Made by a program: the position numbers and the translations under genes. DNA of 64,000 bases, taken from Candidatus Bathyarchaeum sp. GTDB lineage: Archaea; Thermoproteota; Bathyarchaeia; Bathyarchaeales; Bathyarchaeaceae. The notes beneath the pieces are model-generated. The model saw only the letters and a list, made by a program, of their open reading frames with translations, ran no database searches and was not told the DNA's origin. Of the stretch, positions 11,034 through 20,627 are shown piece by piece; the first letter of the stretch is position 1, and the number at the start of each line of letters is the position of its first letter. The stretch lies in contig JAFGGM010000051.1 in assembly GCA_016930555.1 (NCBI GenBank), forward strand, positions 4,715 through 68,714, written 5' to 3'.

Positions 11034-11546
11034 ATGGCACAAGAACACACTCACATAATCTCAACTATTGTAGAAAATAAGCCAGGCGTCCTTTATACCG
11101 TTTCGAACCTGTTTAGACGAAGAAGCTTCAACATAGACAACATTTCTGTTGGACCAACAGAAGATGCTGAGTCAGCCCGAATGACAATAATGGTCAAAGG
11201 AGATGACAGAACAATCGAACAAGTTGTCAAGCAGTTGAACAAACTGATAGACGTTCTCAAAGTAACTCGCTTAGACCCAGAAAACATTGTGACAAGGGAA
11301 CTGGCGCTAATCAAAGTCAACGCCTTAAACACTAAGGCTCGTTCAGACATCATTAACTACGCTGACATCTTCAGGGCTCGGGTGGTCGACGTTTCGCCTG
11401 AGTCGTTGATGATGGAGATCACTGGAACTCCTGACAAAATCGATGCGTTCATTGGTTTGATGAAGCCTTTCGGAGTGAAAGAGGTAGCCAGAACAGGGAT
11501 AACTGCTCTCTCCAGAGGAGCCAAATCAATCAAAGTTGATGAATAA
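11034..11546 (+). CDS. ilvN: Acetolactate synthase regulatory subunit
   Basis: ACT domain ENKPGVL...FRRRSFNI, KQLNKLIDV, EVARTG. Confidence 0.95.
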   Translation: MAQEHTHIISTIVENKPGVLYTVSNLFRRRSFNIDNISVGPTEDAESARMTIMVKGDDRTIEQVVKQLNKLIDVLKVTRLDPENIVTRELALIKVNALNTKARSDIINYADIFRARVVDVSPESLMMEITGTPDKIDAFIGLMKPFGVKEVARTGITALSRGAKSIKVDE

Positions 11547-11600
11547 AAAGCTTGACAAAAAGAATTTATTGCTTAATTCAATCTACGTAAATCTGTGTGA

Positions 11601-12662
11601 GTGGAAAATATGGTTAAACTAGACTTTGGTGGCGTAAAAGAGACTGTAACAACAAGGAAAGAGTTTCCTGTAGAAAAAGCAAAAGATATCCTGAAGAAAG
11701 AAATAATTGCTGTCCTAGGATATGGTATTCAAGGACGCGCTCAGTCATTGAACATGAGAGACAACGGACTTTGTGTTATCATTGGACAAGACAAAAGGTT
11801 CACAAAAAACTGGGAACAAGCCCTAGAAGATGGCTGGGTTCCAGGTAAGACCCTTTTCTCTGTTGAGGAAGCTGCAAAAAAAGGAACCATCAAACTGTAT
11901 CTGCTGACTGATGCTGCACAGAAAGCATTGTGGCCAGTAATCAAGCCAACCTTCAAAGAGGGCGACGCACTATACTTTTCCCATGGGTTTTCAATAGTTT
12001 ATGGTGACCTCACGGGTGTGGTTCCTCCAGAAAATATTGACGTAATTTTGGTTGCGCCAAAAGGTTCTGGAACTTCAGTGAGACGAAATTTTGTTGCGGG
12101 TAGCGGAATAAACAGCAGTTTTGCTGTTCATCAAGATTTCACAGGCAGAGCAGAAGACAGAGTGAAAGCTATTGGAATCGCCATTGGTTCAGGTTACTTG
12201 TTTCCAACCACCTTCGAGAAGGAAGTTTACAGTGATTTGACTGGAGAACGGGGAGTATTGATGGGAGCCCTTGCGGGCATAATGGAAGCCCAGTATAACT
12301 GCTTACGTGAGAAGGGTCATAGCCCCAGTGAAGCTTTCAATGAAACTGTTGAGGAGCTTACTCAGAGCTTGATCAGGCTTGTCGATCAGAACGGAATGGA
12401 CTGGATGTACAACAACTGCAGTGAGACCGCAAGAATCGGTGCCCTCAGATGGAAAGAAAGGTTCAGGGATTGTGTGAAGCCTCTCTTTGATTCATTGTAT
12501 GAGCTGGTTGCTTCAGGAGAAGAAGTGAAGATTGTCCTTGAAAAGAGCACAGAACCTGGTTATGCGAAAAAGTTGGCTGACGAGCTAGCTGCCATGGGGA
12601 ACTCTGAGATGTGGAAGGCAGGCAAAACAGTACGGTCACTTAGACCTGACAGCAAGTGTTAA
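11601..12662 (+). CDS. ilvC: Ketol-acid reductoisomerase (Bacteroidota/fungal Ilv5-like type)
   Basis: GYGIQGRAQSLNMRDNG, FSHGF, VAPKGSG, TTFEKEVYSDLTGERGVLMG, HSPSEAFNETVEE. Confidence 0.95.
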   Translation: MENMVKLDFGGVKETVTTRKEFPVEKAKDILKKEIIAVLGYGIQGRAQSLNMRDNGLCVIIGQDKRFTKNWEQALEDGWVPGKTLFSVEEAAKKGTIKLYLLTDAAQKALWPVIKPTFKEGDALYFSHGFSIVYGDLTGVVPPENIDVILVAPKGSGTSVRRNFVAGSGINSSFAVHQDFTGRAEDRVKAIGIAIGSGYLFPTTFEKEVYSDLTGERGVLMGALAGIMEAQYNCLREKGHSPSEAFNETVEELTQSLIRLVDQNGMDWMYNNCSETARIGALRWKERFRDCVKPLFDSLYELVASGEEVKIVLEKSTEPGYAKKLADELAAMGNSEMWKAGKTVRSLRPDSKC

Positions 12663-12681
12663 GTAAGCTAGTTTTTAGTTT

Positions 12682-12709
12682 GCGGGACTCGTAAAATCCC
12701 GCCTTTTTT
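12682..12709 (+). terminator. Hairpin plus U-tract terminator after ilvC
   Basis: GCGGGA (12682-87) and TCCCGC (12697-702), followed by CTTTTTT and further T-rich sequence. Confidence 0.7.
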
Positions 12710-12845
12710 GTGTTCTTTGGCTTTTTTAGACGATTTTTTTCTCTATTTTTTGTATACAATATTTCATTTATCGTAATATGCCATTCTGTAGAGGATGCTA
12801 TTTATAGAAAAATTGTGGTTTCGTTCTAGTGTAAGGTGTGCTTAG

Positions 12846-13082
12846 ATGAGAAGTTCCTTTGAGATTATCGCTGAAATTTTAAATACCGCAAAGAATGGAG
12901 CAAAAAAGACGCGTATTATGTATTCTTGTGGTCTCAGCTACAGGTTTGTTGAAAAATATTTGGAGCTGTTGCTGGATACGGGTCTTCTGCAAACGGGAAA
13001 CTCTTATCATACAACCGATAAGGGCATGGGATTTCTCAACAAGTATCAAACTTTAGAGCTTCTGCTGAACACACGACAGTAA
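12846..13082 (+). CDS. Small archaeal winged-HTH transcription regulator
   Basis: RSSFEIIAEIL...AKKTRIMYSCGLSY...YLELL...Y.TTDKG pattern of small archaeal wHTH proteins. Confidence 0.8.
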   Translation: MRSSFEIIAEILNTAKNGAKKTRIMYSCGLSYRFVEKYLELLLDTGLLQTGNSYHTTDKGMGFLNKYQTLELLLNTRQ

Positions 13083-13289
13083 CTCCACAAACTTCTTATG
13101 TTTCTAATCTGCTCAAGTCAAGCAGTAGTAATTGTTGGTTCTTGCAAACCTGAAAAGAATACTGTTTCAACATTCTGCTGCTTTTAGGCTCCTAATATGT
13201 CCCATTTTTGTGTGTCTGTGAGGGTCGTGTATTATGTTTTTTGTGCACAAAATATACAGTTTATGGCGTCGTAATATTTAATACATTGG

Positions 13290-14480
13290 TTGAGGATAAC
13301 CACAAAGAGAATGATTAAAGGCATGCATTCACCAACCAGACAAAAGAAGATTTTCGTAATCTCCCTCACTATTTCGTTACTGCTTCTTCTATCAAACAGT
13401 TGCTATGCAGGAACATATAGCCATCGCTATAGCCTCCTAAACAACCCAGACGACTCCACAGCCTACCGCTTAACGGTCTCTGTAACTGGAACACTTTATA
13501 ACTACTACGTTAGCCAAGACCACAATCTCTACAGCTACGACTTCGCTAAGTTCGTGACTCCCCATGCTGTGCAACCAATAGCAGATGACTTGTGGAGCAT
13601 CTATAGCAGCCAAGAAGACTTTACCAACGGTGTCCTCATGATAATGCACCAGATTCCTTACGTGGAAAGTAGTCCTCAGAAGTTTCCGGTAGAAATCCTT
13701 GCGGAAAATGAAGGAGACTGTGATCTTTTCTCGCTGACGGCGGCGTCTATAATGAAGGCGGGGGGACTTGACGTTGTTTTGCTTCTTATGGAAAACTATG
13801 ATCATATGATGCTTGGGGTTCATCTTCCAGACGCGCCAGAGGATGCTCGGACTCAGGTCTTTTATTATGAACACGAAGGAAAGAAATACTATGTGGCGGA
13901 GACTACTGGAGAAAACTGGGAAACAGGATGGCGCGTTGGCGAGTGCCATGAGAGCCTTCAAAGTGCAGCAGCAAAAATTTACGATATAGACGATTGCGAA
14001 ACGACATCTATAGGGCAGGTTTCATCCAGTTACATGATGCCCGATTCCGCGGAAATCAACATGATGCTCTCCACAAACTTTGCTCTTTCTCAAAAAGCAG
14101 TTGAAATAATGGGGACGCTTTCTCCGTCTTTATCTGGAAGAACAGTTACGCTGTACGTGAGTACGTTAAGCTCGTCTTTGAGTATTTTGGCAAAGGTTGA
14201 AACAGACAGCTACGGGGCCTACTCTTACACATGGAGTTCTCCGCCCAGCGGCGTACATACTCTTAGAGCCAACTGGTCAGGAGACGAAGATTACAACGGC
14301 GCAGATAGTAGCACATCTAGACTTGTAGTCATAGCTTCTGAGTACTTGATAATGGGTGGTCTTCTGGTTTTCTTCTTGGTGATTCTTCTTGTAGTGACGT
14401 TGGTAACTCGAAGCGGAAAATCGGATATTCCAGAAGCCTTCCAAGAATGGGAAGTCACAGATTACGGTCAAGAATTTTGA
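13290..14480 (+). CDS. Exported, membrane-anchored protein with transglutaminase-like and Ig-like domains
   Basis: N-terminal hydrophobic signal, GDCDLF, HMMLGV and YYVAETT (putative Cys-His-Glu triad), beta-rich Ig-like region, C-terminal TM helix. Confidence 0.6.
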   Translation: MRITTKRMIKGMHSPTRQKKIFVISLTISLLLLLSNSCYAGTYSHRYSLLNNPDDSTAYRLTVSVTGTLYNYYVSQDHNLYSYDFAKFVTPHAVQPIADDLWSIYSSQEDFTNGVLMIMHQIPYVESSPQKFPVEILAENEGDCDLFSLTAASIMKAGGLDVVLLLMENYDHMMLGVHLPDAPEDARTQVFYYEHEGKKYYVAETTGENWETGWRVGECHESLQSAAAKIYDIDDCETTSIGQVSSSYMMPDSAEINMMLSTNFALSQKAVEIMGTLSPSLSGRTVTLYVSTLSSSLSILAKVETDSYGAYSYTWSSPPSGVHTLRANWSGDEDYNGADSSTSRLVVIASEYLIMGGLLVFFLVILLVVTLVTRSGKSDIPEAFQEWEVTDYGQEF

Positions 14481-14532
14481 AAAACTTATCTGACAAAAAA
14501 GCATACATTCTCCAAGCTACGGGGACACAGCC

Positions 14533-15195
14533 ATGAACCTGAAAATCGATTCAGAACTTAAAACCGCTTTTCCGGACCTAACTGTTCTTACACTCTACAT
14601 CAGCGGTGTACAGATTCAGAAACGGGACACTGACCTGGAAAAATTCAAGATTGCGGTAACACAGCAGATTAGGAACGAATATGACCTATACACCGTAAAG
14701 GATCATCCAACATTCAGGGCTTATCGAGACTTTTTCTGGAGCATAAAAATTGACCCCACTAAAATACGTCCAGCAGCAGAGGCACTGATTCGAAGAATTC
14801 TCGCAGGAAAAACTCTCCCATGCATAAACACTCTTGTTGATGCCTACAACCTAGCCTCCATAAAAACCAGAATCGCTCTCGCAACATTTGATGCAGACAA
14901 ACTAGACGGAGAGCTTCTGATGAGGTTTGCAGAAGAGGGGGAGCACTTTAGTGGAATTGGTATGGAGAAAACGTTGATGTTGAGGGGGGGAGAGATTGTG
15001 GTTTCCGACAAAGAGAAGCTTGTGGCAGTCTACCCTTACAGGGACGCTGGCAACACAAAAGTAACTGAGAAAACAAAAAATATTACGGTGGTGGTTTGTG
15101 GGGTTCCAGGCGTCAATAAACAAGAGTTGGAAAAGGCTTCTGATGTTGCATTGGAGTATGTAACACGTTTTTGCGGTGGAACAAAAGGAGTTTAG
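14533..15195 (+). CDS. Stand-alone B3/B4-domain protein (PheRS-beta editing-domain-like)
   Basis: AYRDFFW..KIDPTKIRPAAEALIRR, INTLVDAYNLAS, FDADKL. Confidence 0.85.
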   Translation: MNLKIDSELKTAFPDLTVLTLYISGVQIQKRDTDLEKFKIAVTQQIRNEYDLYTVKDHPTFRAYRDFFWSIKIDPTKIRPAAEALIRRILAGKTLPCINTLVDAYNLASIKTRIALATFDADKLDGELLMRFAEEGEHFSGIGMEKTLMLRGGEIVVSDKEKLVAVYPYRDAGNTKVTEKTKNITVVVCGVPGVNKQELEKASDVALEYVTRFCGGTKGV

Positions 15196-15298
15196 TTCCT
15201 CCCGATGCATTGGATTTGGGCTCAGGAGCTTGTTAAGTAAAACATTTATAGTATCGAGGTGTGTAGTATCTTCATCCAGTTCCAGGTTATAGAGACTT

Positions 15299-15646
15299 AT
15301 GAGTGAAGAAACGAAGCCAGAAACCGAAGAAGCCCAAACAGAAGAAATAAAGAAATTATTGATTGACGATCCATCTGATTTTAAATTTCATGCAGCCTAC
15401 ATGGCATATTCTGAGACTTGGGATAAATTATCTTCTCCAGAAATAAAAAAAGAATTGAATGAAATGCTGATGTCCTTATCTAAGGATGAGATGAGCTACT
15501 CCAACTTCTACAGAACCTTAGATGAGTACAGAAGGCAAGGTTCTAAACATTTTGAATTCTCTAGGGAACGTATAGAAACCCAAAGAAAAAGAGACTGGAG
15601 ACAGAAACAAACTCGAAGCCAAAGAAACCAAAGACACAGACACTAA
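15299..15646 (+). CDS. Hypothetical protein with acidic N-terminus and basic C-terminus
   Basis: 115-aa ORF with an upstream TATA (TTTATA ~15246); no family recognised. Confidence 0.6.
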   Translation: MSEETKPETEEAQTEEIKKLLIDDPSDFKFHAAYMAYSETWDKLSSPEIKKELNEMLMSLSKDEMSYSNFYRTLDEYRRQGSKHFEFSRERIETQRKRDWRQKQTRSQRNQRHRH

Positions 15647-15662
15647 GTTTTCAGTCTAGGGT

Positions 15663-16667
15663 TTATAGGGCATCGATTATTGCGTCTGTGACCTCTTTGG
15701 TGGACGAAGAGCCTCCAAGGTCCGGGGTCAAAACTTTTCCTTCCTTTAGCACAGATACGATGGCATTTTCTATGCGTTCAGCCCAACTGTTTTCGCCTAG
15801 GTAATCCAGCATCATCTTGGATGCCATAATCGCCGCCATAGGGTTTGCGATATTCTTTCCTGCAAGCCGTGGAGCAGAACCGTGAACAGGCTCAAAGAGG
15901 GCGTAATCGGCTCCTATGTTGGCGCTTGGAGCCAGTCCCAATCCTCCAACTATGCCAGCTGATTCGTCTGACAGGATGTCTCCGAAAAGGTTTGAGGTTA
16001 CAATCACGTCAAAGATGTTGGGCTTCAGAATAAGGCGCATTGCTGTAACATCAACGAAAGCTTCTTCCACTTCCACATCTGGGAAATCTTCTGCAACTTT
16101 GTGGGCAACCTCAAGAAAGAGACCGTCTGATACCCGTAGCACATTCGCTTTGGTAACCACAGTCACTTTCTTGCGCCGCTTCATAGCCAACTCAAAGGCA
16201 AATCGTGTAATCCGCTCAGTTGCCTTACGCGATATTACTCTGATGGTGTATGCAGAATCAGGCAACTTGAATTCCCATCCGCTGTACATTCCTTCAGTGT
16301 TTTCCCGTACAATCACCAAATCAACATCTTTCATGCCTTTCTGGGTTGGATAGCTTTTTGCGGGTCTAACATTAGCATATAAGCCTAGGGAGCGCCTCAA
16401 CATTATAATCGCGCTCTTGTAGCCTGGAACACCCACAGGAGTTGTTGTTGCTCCAAAGAGGCAAGCTTGAGTCTCACGTACGCCAGCCAAAACATCGTCA
16501 GGAACTGGAGTGCCAGTTTGTTGCCACACTTCAAAGCCGATTTCAAAGTATCTGCAATCAAAATTCAGGTCTGTGCTTTCCAGTAACCTGATAGCTTCAG
16601 GAACAACTTCGCCGCCGATTCCAGGACCCGGAATAACAGCCAACTTATACGTTGTCATATCCATCAC
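15663..16667 (-). CDS. Homoisocitrate / 3-isopropylmalate dehydrogenase
   Basis: LYANVRP, VRENTEG, NLFGDILSD, FEPVHGSAP; last gene of the homocitrate synthase-hydratase operon. Confidence 0.9.
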   Translation of the reverse strand: MMDMTTYKLAVIPGPGIGGEVVPEAIRLLESTDLNFDCRYFEIGFEVWQQTGTPVPDDVLAGVRETQACLFGATTTPVGVPGYKSAIIMLRRSLGLYANVRPAKSYPTQKGMKDVDLVIVRENTEGMYSGWEFKLPDSAYTIRVISRKATERITRFAFELAMKRRKKVTVVTKANVLRVSDGLFLEVAHKVAEDFPDVEVEEAFVDVTAMRLILKPNIFDVIVTSNLFGDILSDESAGIVGGLGLAPSANIGADYALFEPVHGSAPRLAGKNIANPMAAIMASKMMLDYLGENSWAERIENAIVSVLKEGKVLTPDLGGSSSTKEVTDAIIDAL

Positions 16668-17130
16668 TTCTCAGAAACTCTACTAAGCCACCCCTATCAA
16701 CAATCTTCTGCATAAAGGGTGGTAACGGTTTCACCTTAAGAACTAACCCTTTAGTTTTGTCGCGAATCTCGCCAGTTTTGAAGTCTATCTCAACTGCGTC
16801 GCCGTCATCAATCTTCTCAGTATCTTCGCAAACAAAGAGGGGCAATCCAATGTTTATGGCGTTTCTGAAGAATATTCGAGCAAAGGATTTTGCTACTACA
16901 GCGCCTACGCCAGCAGCCTTTATCGCAACAGGAGAATGCTCCCGCGACGAGCCACAGCCAAAGTTGTTTCCCGCAACAATCACATCACCCTCCTTGACTT
17001 GTTTCACAAACTCTGGTCGGTACTCTATGAATGCTATTTCGCTCAGCCGTTTCTTGTCCGTTGTTACGGTGTATCGTCCAGGCGTGATAATGTCAGTATT
17101 TATGTCGTCACCAAACTTCCATGCTCTCAC
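16645..17130 (-). CDS. Homoaconitase / isopropylmalate isomerase small subunit (LeuD/HacB family)
   Basis: WKFGDDINTD, NFGCGSSREH, SFARIFFRNAINIG. Confidence 0.93.
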   Translation of the reverse strand: MRAWKFGDDINTDIITPGRYTVTTDKKRLSEIAFIEYRPEFVKQVKEGDVIVAGNNFGCGSSREHSPVAIKAAGVGAVVAKSFARIFFRNAINIGLPLFVCEDTEKIDDGDAVEIDFKTGEIRDKTKGLVLKVKPLPPFMQKIVDRGGLVEFLRSDGYDNV

Positions 17131-18374
17131 ATGTAATCCCTCGGATCAGCAATCTTCCCTGTCAATGCTGACGCGGCAACCGTTGCCGGAGAAGCCAAAA
17201 TAATGTCTGCTTTCGGGTCGCCCATTCTTCCTGTGAAGTTACGGTTCATGCTAGAAACACAAGTCTCTCCCTCACAGAGCACTCCTTCGTGTCTGCCGAT
17301 GCAAGGACCACAACTGGCATTGCAGACTGTTGCTCCTGCTTTAACCAGAGCCTCCAAGTAACCTTCCTCTAGTGCTGCAAAGTAGATGTCCTCTGATGCA
17401 GGGGAGACTATGAGTCTGACGTTTCGAGCAATCTTCTTTCCTTTTAGTATTTTTGTGGCAACCTCGATGTCTTCTAGCCGCCCATTTGTGCATGTTCCCA
17501 GAAAGGCTTGATCTATTTTTCTCCCCTCAACTGCAGAAACAGGTTTCACATTATCTACTGATGCAGGAAGCGCAACCTGAGGCTCAAGTTCTCCAACCTC
17601 TATTTCATACTCGTCCTTGTATGATGCTTCCTTGTCGCTTCTGAAAATCTTTCCAGTTCGTCCGCCAAGAAAATCAAGCGTTTTTTGGTCAGCCTCGATT
17701 ATGCCGTTTTTTCCACCCATCTCAATAGCCATGTTACACAAAGTCAAACGAGAAGAGACCGTTGCGTTATCGACGTAGTCTCCAGTGAACTCGCAGGCTT
17801 TGTAGAGTGCTCCGTCAGCTCCAACATCACCAATAATGCTTAAGATAACGTCCTTAGCATAGACGCCTTTCCGTGTCTGGCCAGTTAGATTAAATTTCAG
17901 GCTTTCAGGAACCTTAAACCAGCATTTTCCCGTAGCCATGGAACCCCCAATGTCAGTTGACCCCAAACCAGTAGTGAAGGCTCCTAAGGCTCCTTCAGTG
18001 CATGTGTGAGAGTCAGCTCCAACAACTACGTCTCCAGGAGAAACAAACTTTTCAACCAAGAGCTGATGACAGACTCCATTTGTGAAGAATCCTGAAAGTT
18101 GTTGGTCAGCAACAAATTTTCTTGATTTCTGGTGTAGGGTTGCTCCTGCCACGGTGGGTGCAGGAAAGAAGTGGTCAAATACAATTATGACTTTGTCTTT
18201 GTTGAAGACTTTGTCAGTGATGCTGTAGAATGCTTCGATTGCCAGAGGGGCTGTGGAGTCGTGTGCCATAACATAGTTTACGTCGGCGATCGCAAAATCT
18301 CCAGCAGCCACTTCATTCTGATGGGACGCATGAGCTAAGATTTTTTCAGTTATTGTAGAAGCCATAAGCCTCAA
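17127..18374 (-). CDS. Homoaconitase / isopropylmalate isomerase large subunit (LeuC/HacA family)
   Basis: DH, GVCHQ, DSHTCT.GA, GTCTNGR, CGPCIG, NRNFTGRMG. Confidence 0.93.
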   Translation of the reverse strand: MRLMASTITEKILAHASHQNEVAAGDFAIADVNYVMAHDSTAPLAIEAFYSITDKVFNKDKVIIVFDHFFPAPTVAGATLHQKSRKFVADQQLSGFFTNGVCHQLLVEKFVSPGDVVVGADSHTCTEGALGAFTTGLGSTDIGGSMATGKCWFKVPESLKFNLTGQTRKGVYAKDVILSIIGDVGADGALYKACEFTGDYVDNATVSSRLTLCNMAIEMGGKNGIIEADQKTLDFLGGRTGKIFRSDKEASYKDEYEIEVGELEPQVALPASVDNVKPVSAVEGRKIDQAFLGTCTNGRLEDIEVATKILKGKKIARNVRLIVSPASEDIYFAALEEGYLEALVKAGATVCNASCGPCIGRHEGVLCEGETCVSSMNRNFTGRMGDPKADIILASPATVAASALTGKIADPRDYM

Positions 18375-19612
18375 CGCTTCTCAGTTTCTGCTATCATTTC
18401 TTTAACTTCATCAGGAGTATAGGAGCTTCGTCTTGCTCCACTGGAATATGCTGCCTTTATTTTCTCAAGAACCTTCTTTGCAGTATCTTCGGAAATGCCG
18501 ATTTTGAGTTCTTTTTCTGCAACATACATGATTCCGTGTCTTCCACTCAGTTCATCTATGTACACTCTTCGTTTCTGCCCTACCAGTCTTGGTGGATAAA
18601 ACTCGTATGTTTGCGGGTTAATGAGAACACCGTGCTGGTGTATGCCTGAGCTGTGAACTGTCACGTTTTCTCCAGTTATTGGCTTGTGAGGAGGCATCTT
18701 TACTCCAGAAAGCTCCTCAACAAGTTTTGACAGAGAATTTAGTTGACTCATCTCAAAGGGGCTAGTGCCGTAGATTATATGTAGTGCAGGAATAAGTTCC
18801 TCTGTTACTGTTATTCCCGCTCTTTCGCCGATGCCATTCACACTTGTTGACACCGTTGAAGCGCCAGCATCTATTGCCGCCAAAGAGTTAGCCAAAGCCA
18901 ATCCGAGGTCGTTATGGCAGTGAACCTCAATGGGTATATCTACGACACTTCCGATTTCTTTCACCAGAAACGCCATACCGTTAGGACCTGTACAGCCCAA
19001 AGTGTCAACAACTCGCGCTCGGTCTGCTCCTGCATCTTCAGCGGTTTTGTAGGCTTTCTTCAGGAACTCCAAGTCGTTTTCTCTGGTTGTATCCTCTGCA
19101 CTGTAAATGACAAACAATCCATAGCTTTCCGCGTAGCTAACCATCTCTTCCAACCGTTCAAGGTATGTTTCTTGGGTCATGCCACCAAACTTGTGTTTGC
19201 GGTGGTAAGGAGATATAGATAGAGATACAACTATGCCGTCAGCACCTACATCCGCAACAGCATCAATATCCTCTTTCTTTGCCCTTGCAAAAGCTGAAAG
19301 CTGAGCGTCAAGGTTCATGTTAAGAATTGATTTAATGCAGTTTCTCTGCTTTTCTGAAGCAGCTGGAAATCCTGCTTCTATCTGCTGTATTCCAACTTCA
19401 TCCAATTTCTTGGCTATTTCCAGCTTGTTTTCTAGGCTAAAGATTACGCCTGGAGTCTGTTCGCCCTCTCGTAGTGTGCTGTCGTGGACAATGTAATTGT
19501 CTAGCTTAGGGGCTTTGAAGTTTACGAAGTTGTAGGGGCTTGGGAGAATTCCCTCTCTTTCCAGTCTTTTCAGTAATTTTTGCCCCTGTTCTTCAAGATA
19601 TTCTTCTTCCAA
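18371..19612 (-). CDS. Homocitrate synthase (DRE-TIM family, no C-terminal regulatory domain)
   Basis: DSTLREGEQTPG, HCHNDLG, GIGERAG; located next to lysM and lysW. Confidence 0.8.
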   Translation of the reverse strand: MEEEYLEEQGQKLLKRLEREGILPSPYNFVNFKAPKLDNYIVHDSTLREGEQTPGVIFSLENKLEIAKKLDEVGIQQIEAGFPAASEKQRNCIKSILNMNLDAQLSAFARAKKEDIDAVADVGADGIVVSLSISPYHRKHKFGGMTQETYLERLEEMVSYAESYGLFVIYSAEDTTRENDLEFLKKAYKTAEDAGADRARVVDTLGCTGPNGMAFLVKEIGSVVDIPIEVHCHNDLGLALANSLAAIDAGASTVSTSVNGIGERAGITVTEELIPALHIIYGTSPFEMSQLNSLSKLVEELSGVKMPPHKPITGENVTVHSSGIHQHGVLINPQTYEFYPPRLVGQKRRVYIDELSGRHGIMYVAEKELKIGISEDTAKKVLEKIKAAYSSGARRSSYTPDEVKEMIAETEKR

Positions 19613-19777
19613 TCTGGTAAGCCGTCCTTTTCACACTATTTTGCCGAATCAAGTTTCCGAAGAATACAAAACGCACAAATATATATACTTTATGTAAAAT
19701 TGTCGCCGTTAGAATACGAAAAGCTTACCCCCAATTCCGAAACCGTAACTACTTATTAATCAATCAAGCTTGACGTT

Positions 19778-20188
19778 TTACCAGCTGCGCAATATGATCA
19801 TAGTGTTCGTGTCTGAGACTCCCCCCAGGCGCCGTATCTTCTCGAGGCACTCGTTAACCTCTGTGATGTTAAAGCCCGATATTATGGCTGCAATGTCATA
19901 TTCGCCAGTAATCTCATATACTGTTTCAACATTCGGAAGCTGCTTCAGTGCCTTGGAAACGTCAGAAGTAGGTAAAGATGGATTGACTGAAAGCAAAGCG
20001 ATTGCCTCTGCTCCTTCTGCAAGTCCAACCTTGACTGTGAAGCGTCGTATTGCTCCATCATCAACAAGGGCTTTGATTCTTTTCCGTACTGCGCCTTCAG
20101 ACAAGTCAATTCTTTTTCCTATGTTGCTATAGGTGGCTCTGCCATCATGTTTCAGAATTTCGATTATTGCCTTGTCAATGTCATCCAT
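19778..20188 (-). CDS. lysM: Lrp/AsnC-family lysine regulator (LysM-like)
   Basis: MDDIDKAIIEIL..DGRATYSNIG..IDLSEGAVRKRIK, YEITGEYDI. Start trimmed to ATG 20188; divergent from lysW. Confidence 0.8.
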   Translation of the reverse strand: MDDIDKAIIEILKHDGRATYSNIGKRIDLSEGAVRKRIKALVDDGAIRRFTVKVGLAEGAEAIALLSVNPSLPTSDVSKALKQLPNVETVYEITGEYDIAAIISGFNITEVNECLEKIRRLGGVSDTNTMIILRSW

Positions 20189-20214
20189 GTTCTTCACTTC
20201 TGACATAATATCTA

Positions 20215-20350
20215 TACGGAAAAATTTAACGATTTCTGAACAAAAGACGGTAAGTTTGTAACGATTTCCGCATGAGGGTTCACCTTTTCTTACTAGAAAG
20301 CGGAATAACAGTTTGGACATCACAAGTAACCATCCTACGGATTTCGTATA
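20215..20350. promoter_or_regulatory. Candidate LysM/Lrp binding sites in the divergent lysM-lysW promoter region
   Basis: Palindrome TACG-GATTT-CGTA (20336-48); direct repeat TAACGATTTC at 20227 and 20259, 32 bp apart. Confidence 0.45.
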
Positions 20351-20450
20351 ATAAGTTGGAAAACGTGCAAAACTGCATGTCATTAATCCGAAATTCTTAT
20401 AAATAGCAACATTTTCTATAATGGCTCACTTAACCAAAGAGGTGTAGGTA

Positions 20451-20627
20451 TTGAAGAAAGCCAAATGCCCCGATTGCGACGCGGAAATAGAAGTCCAAGA
20501 CGATGTCATGAAAGGCGAGATTCTCAGCTGCCCCAGTTGCGGTCTTGAACTGGAAGTGACATGTAACAAAGGAGACTCCGTGGAGCTAAAAGAATTAGGG
20601 ATTGAAGGAGAAGACTGGGGAGAATAG
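20451..20627 (+). CDS. lysW: Amino-group carrier protein LysW (58 aa, not in the ORF track)
   Basis: Hand translation: MKKAKCPDCDAEIEVQDDVMKGEILSCPSCGLELEVTCNKGDSVELKELGIEGEDWGE*. Two CPxC zinc knuckles, C-terminal EDWGE, and a GAGGTG SD upstream. Confidence 0.97.
   Translation: MKKAKCPDCDAEIEVQDDVMKGEILSCPSCGLELEVTCNKGDSVELKELGIEGEDWGE

Noticed and set aside
20421..20447. uORF MAHLTKEV before lysW
   Set aside because: Only one Lys codon, no enrichment, and it overlaps the SD.
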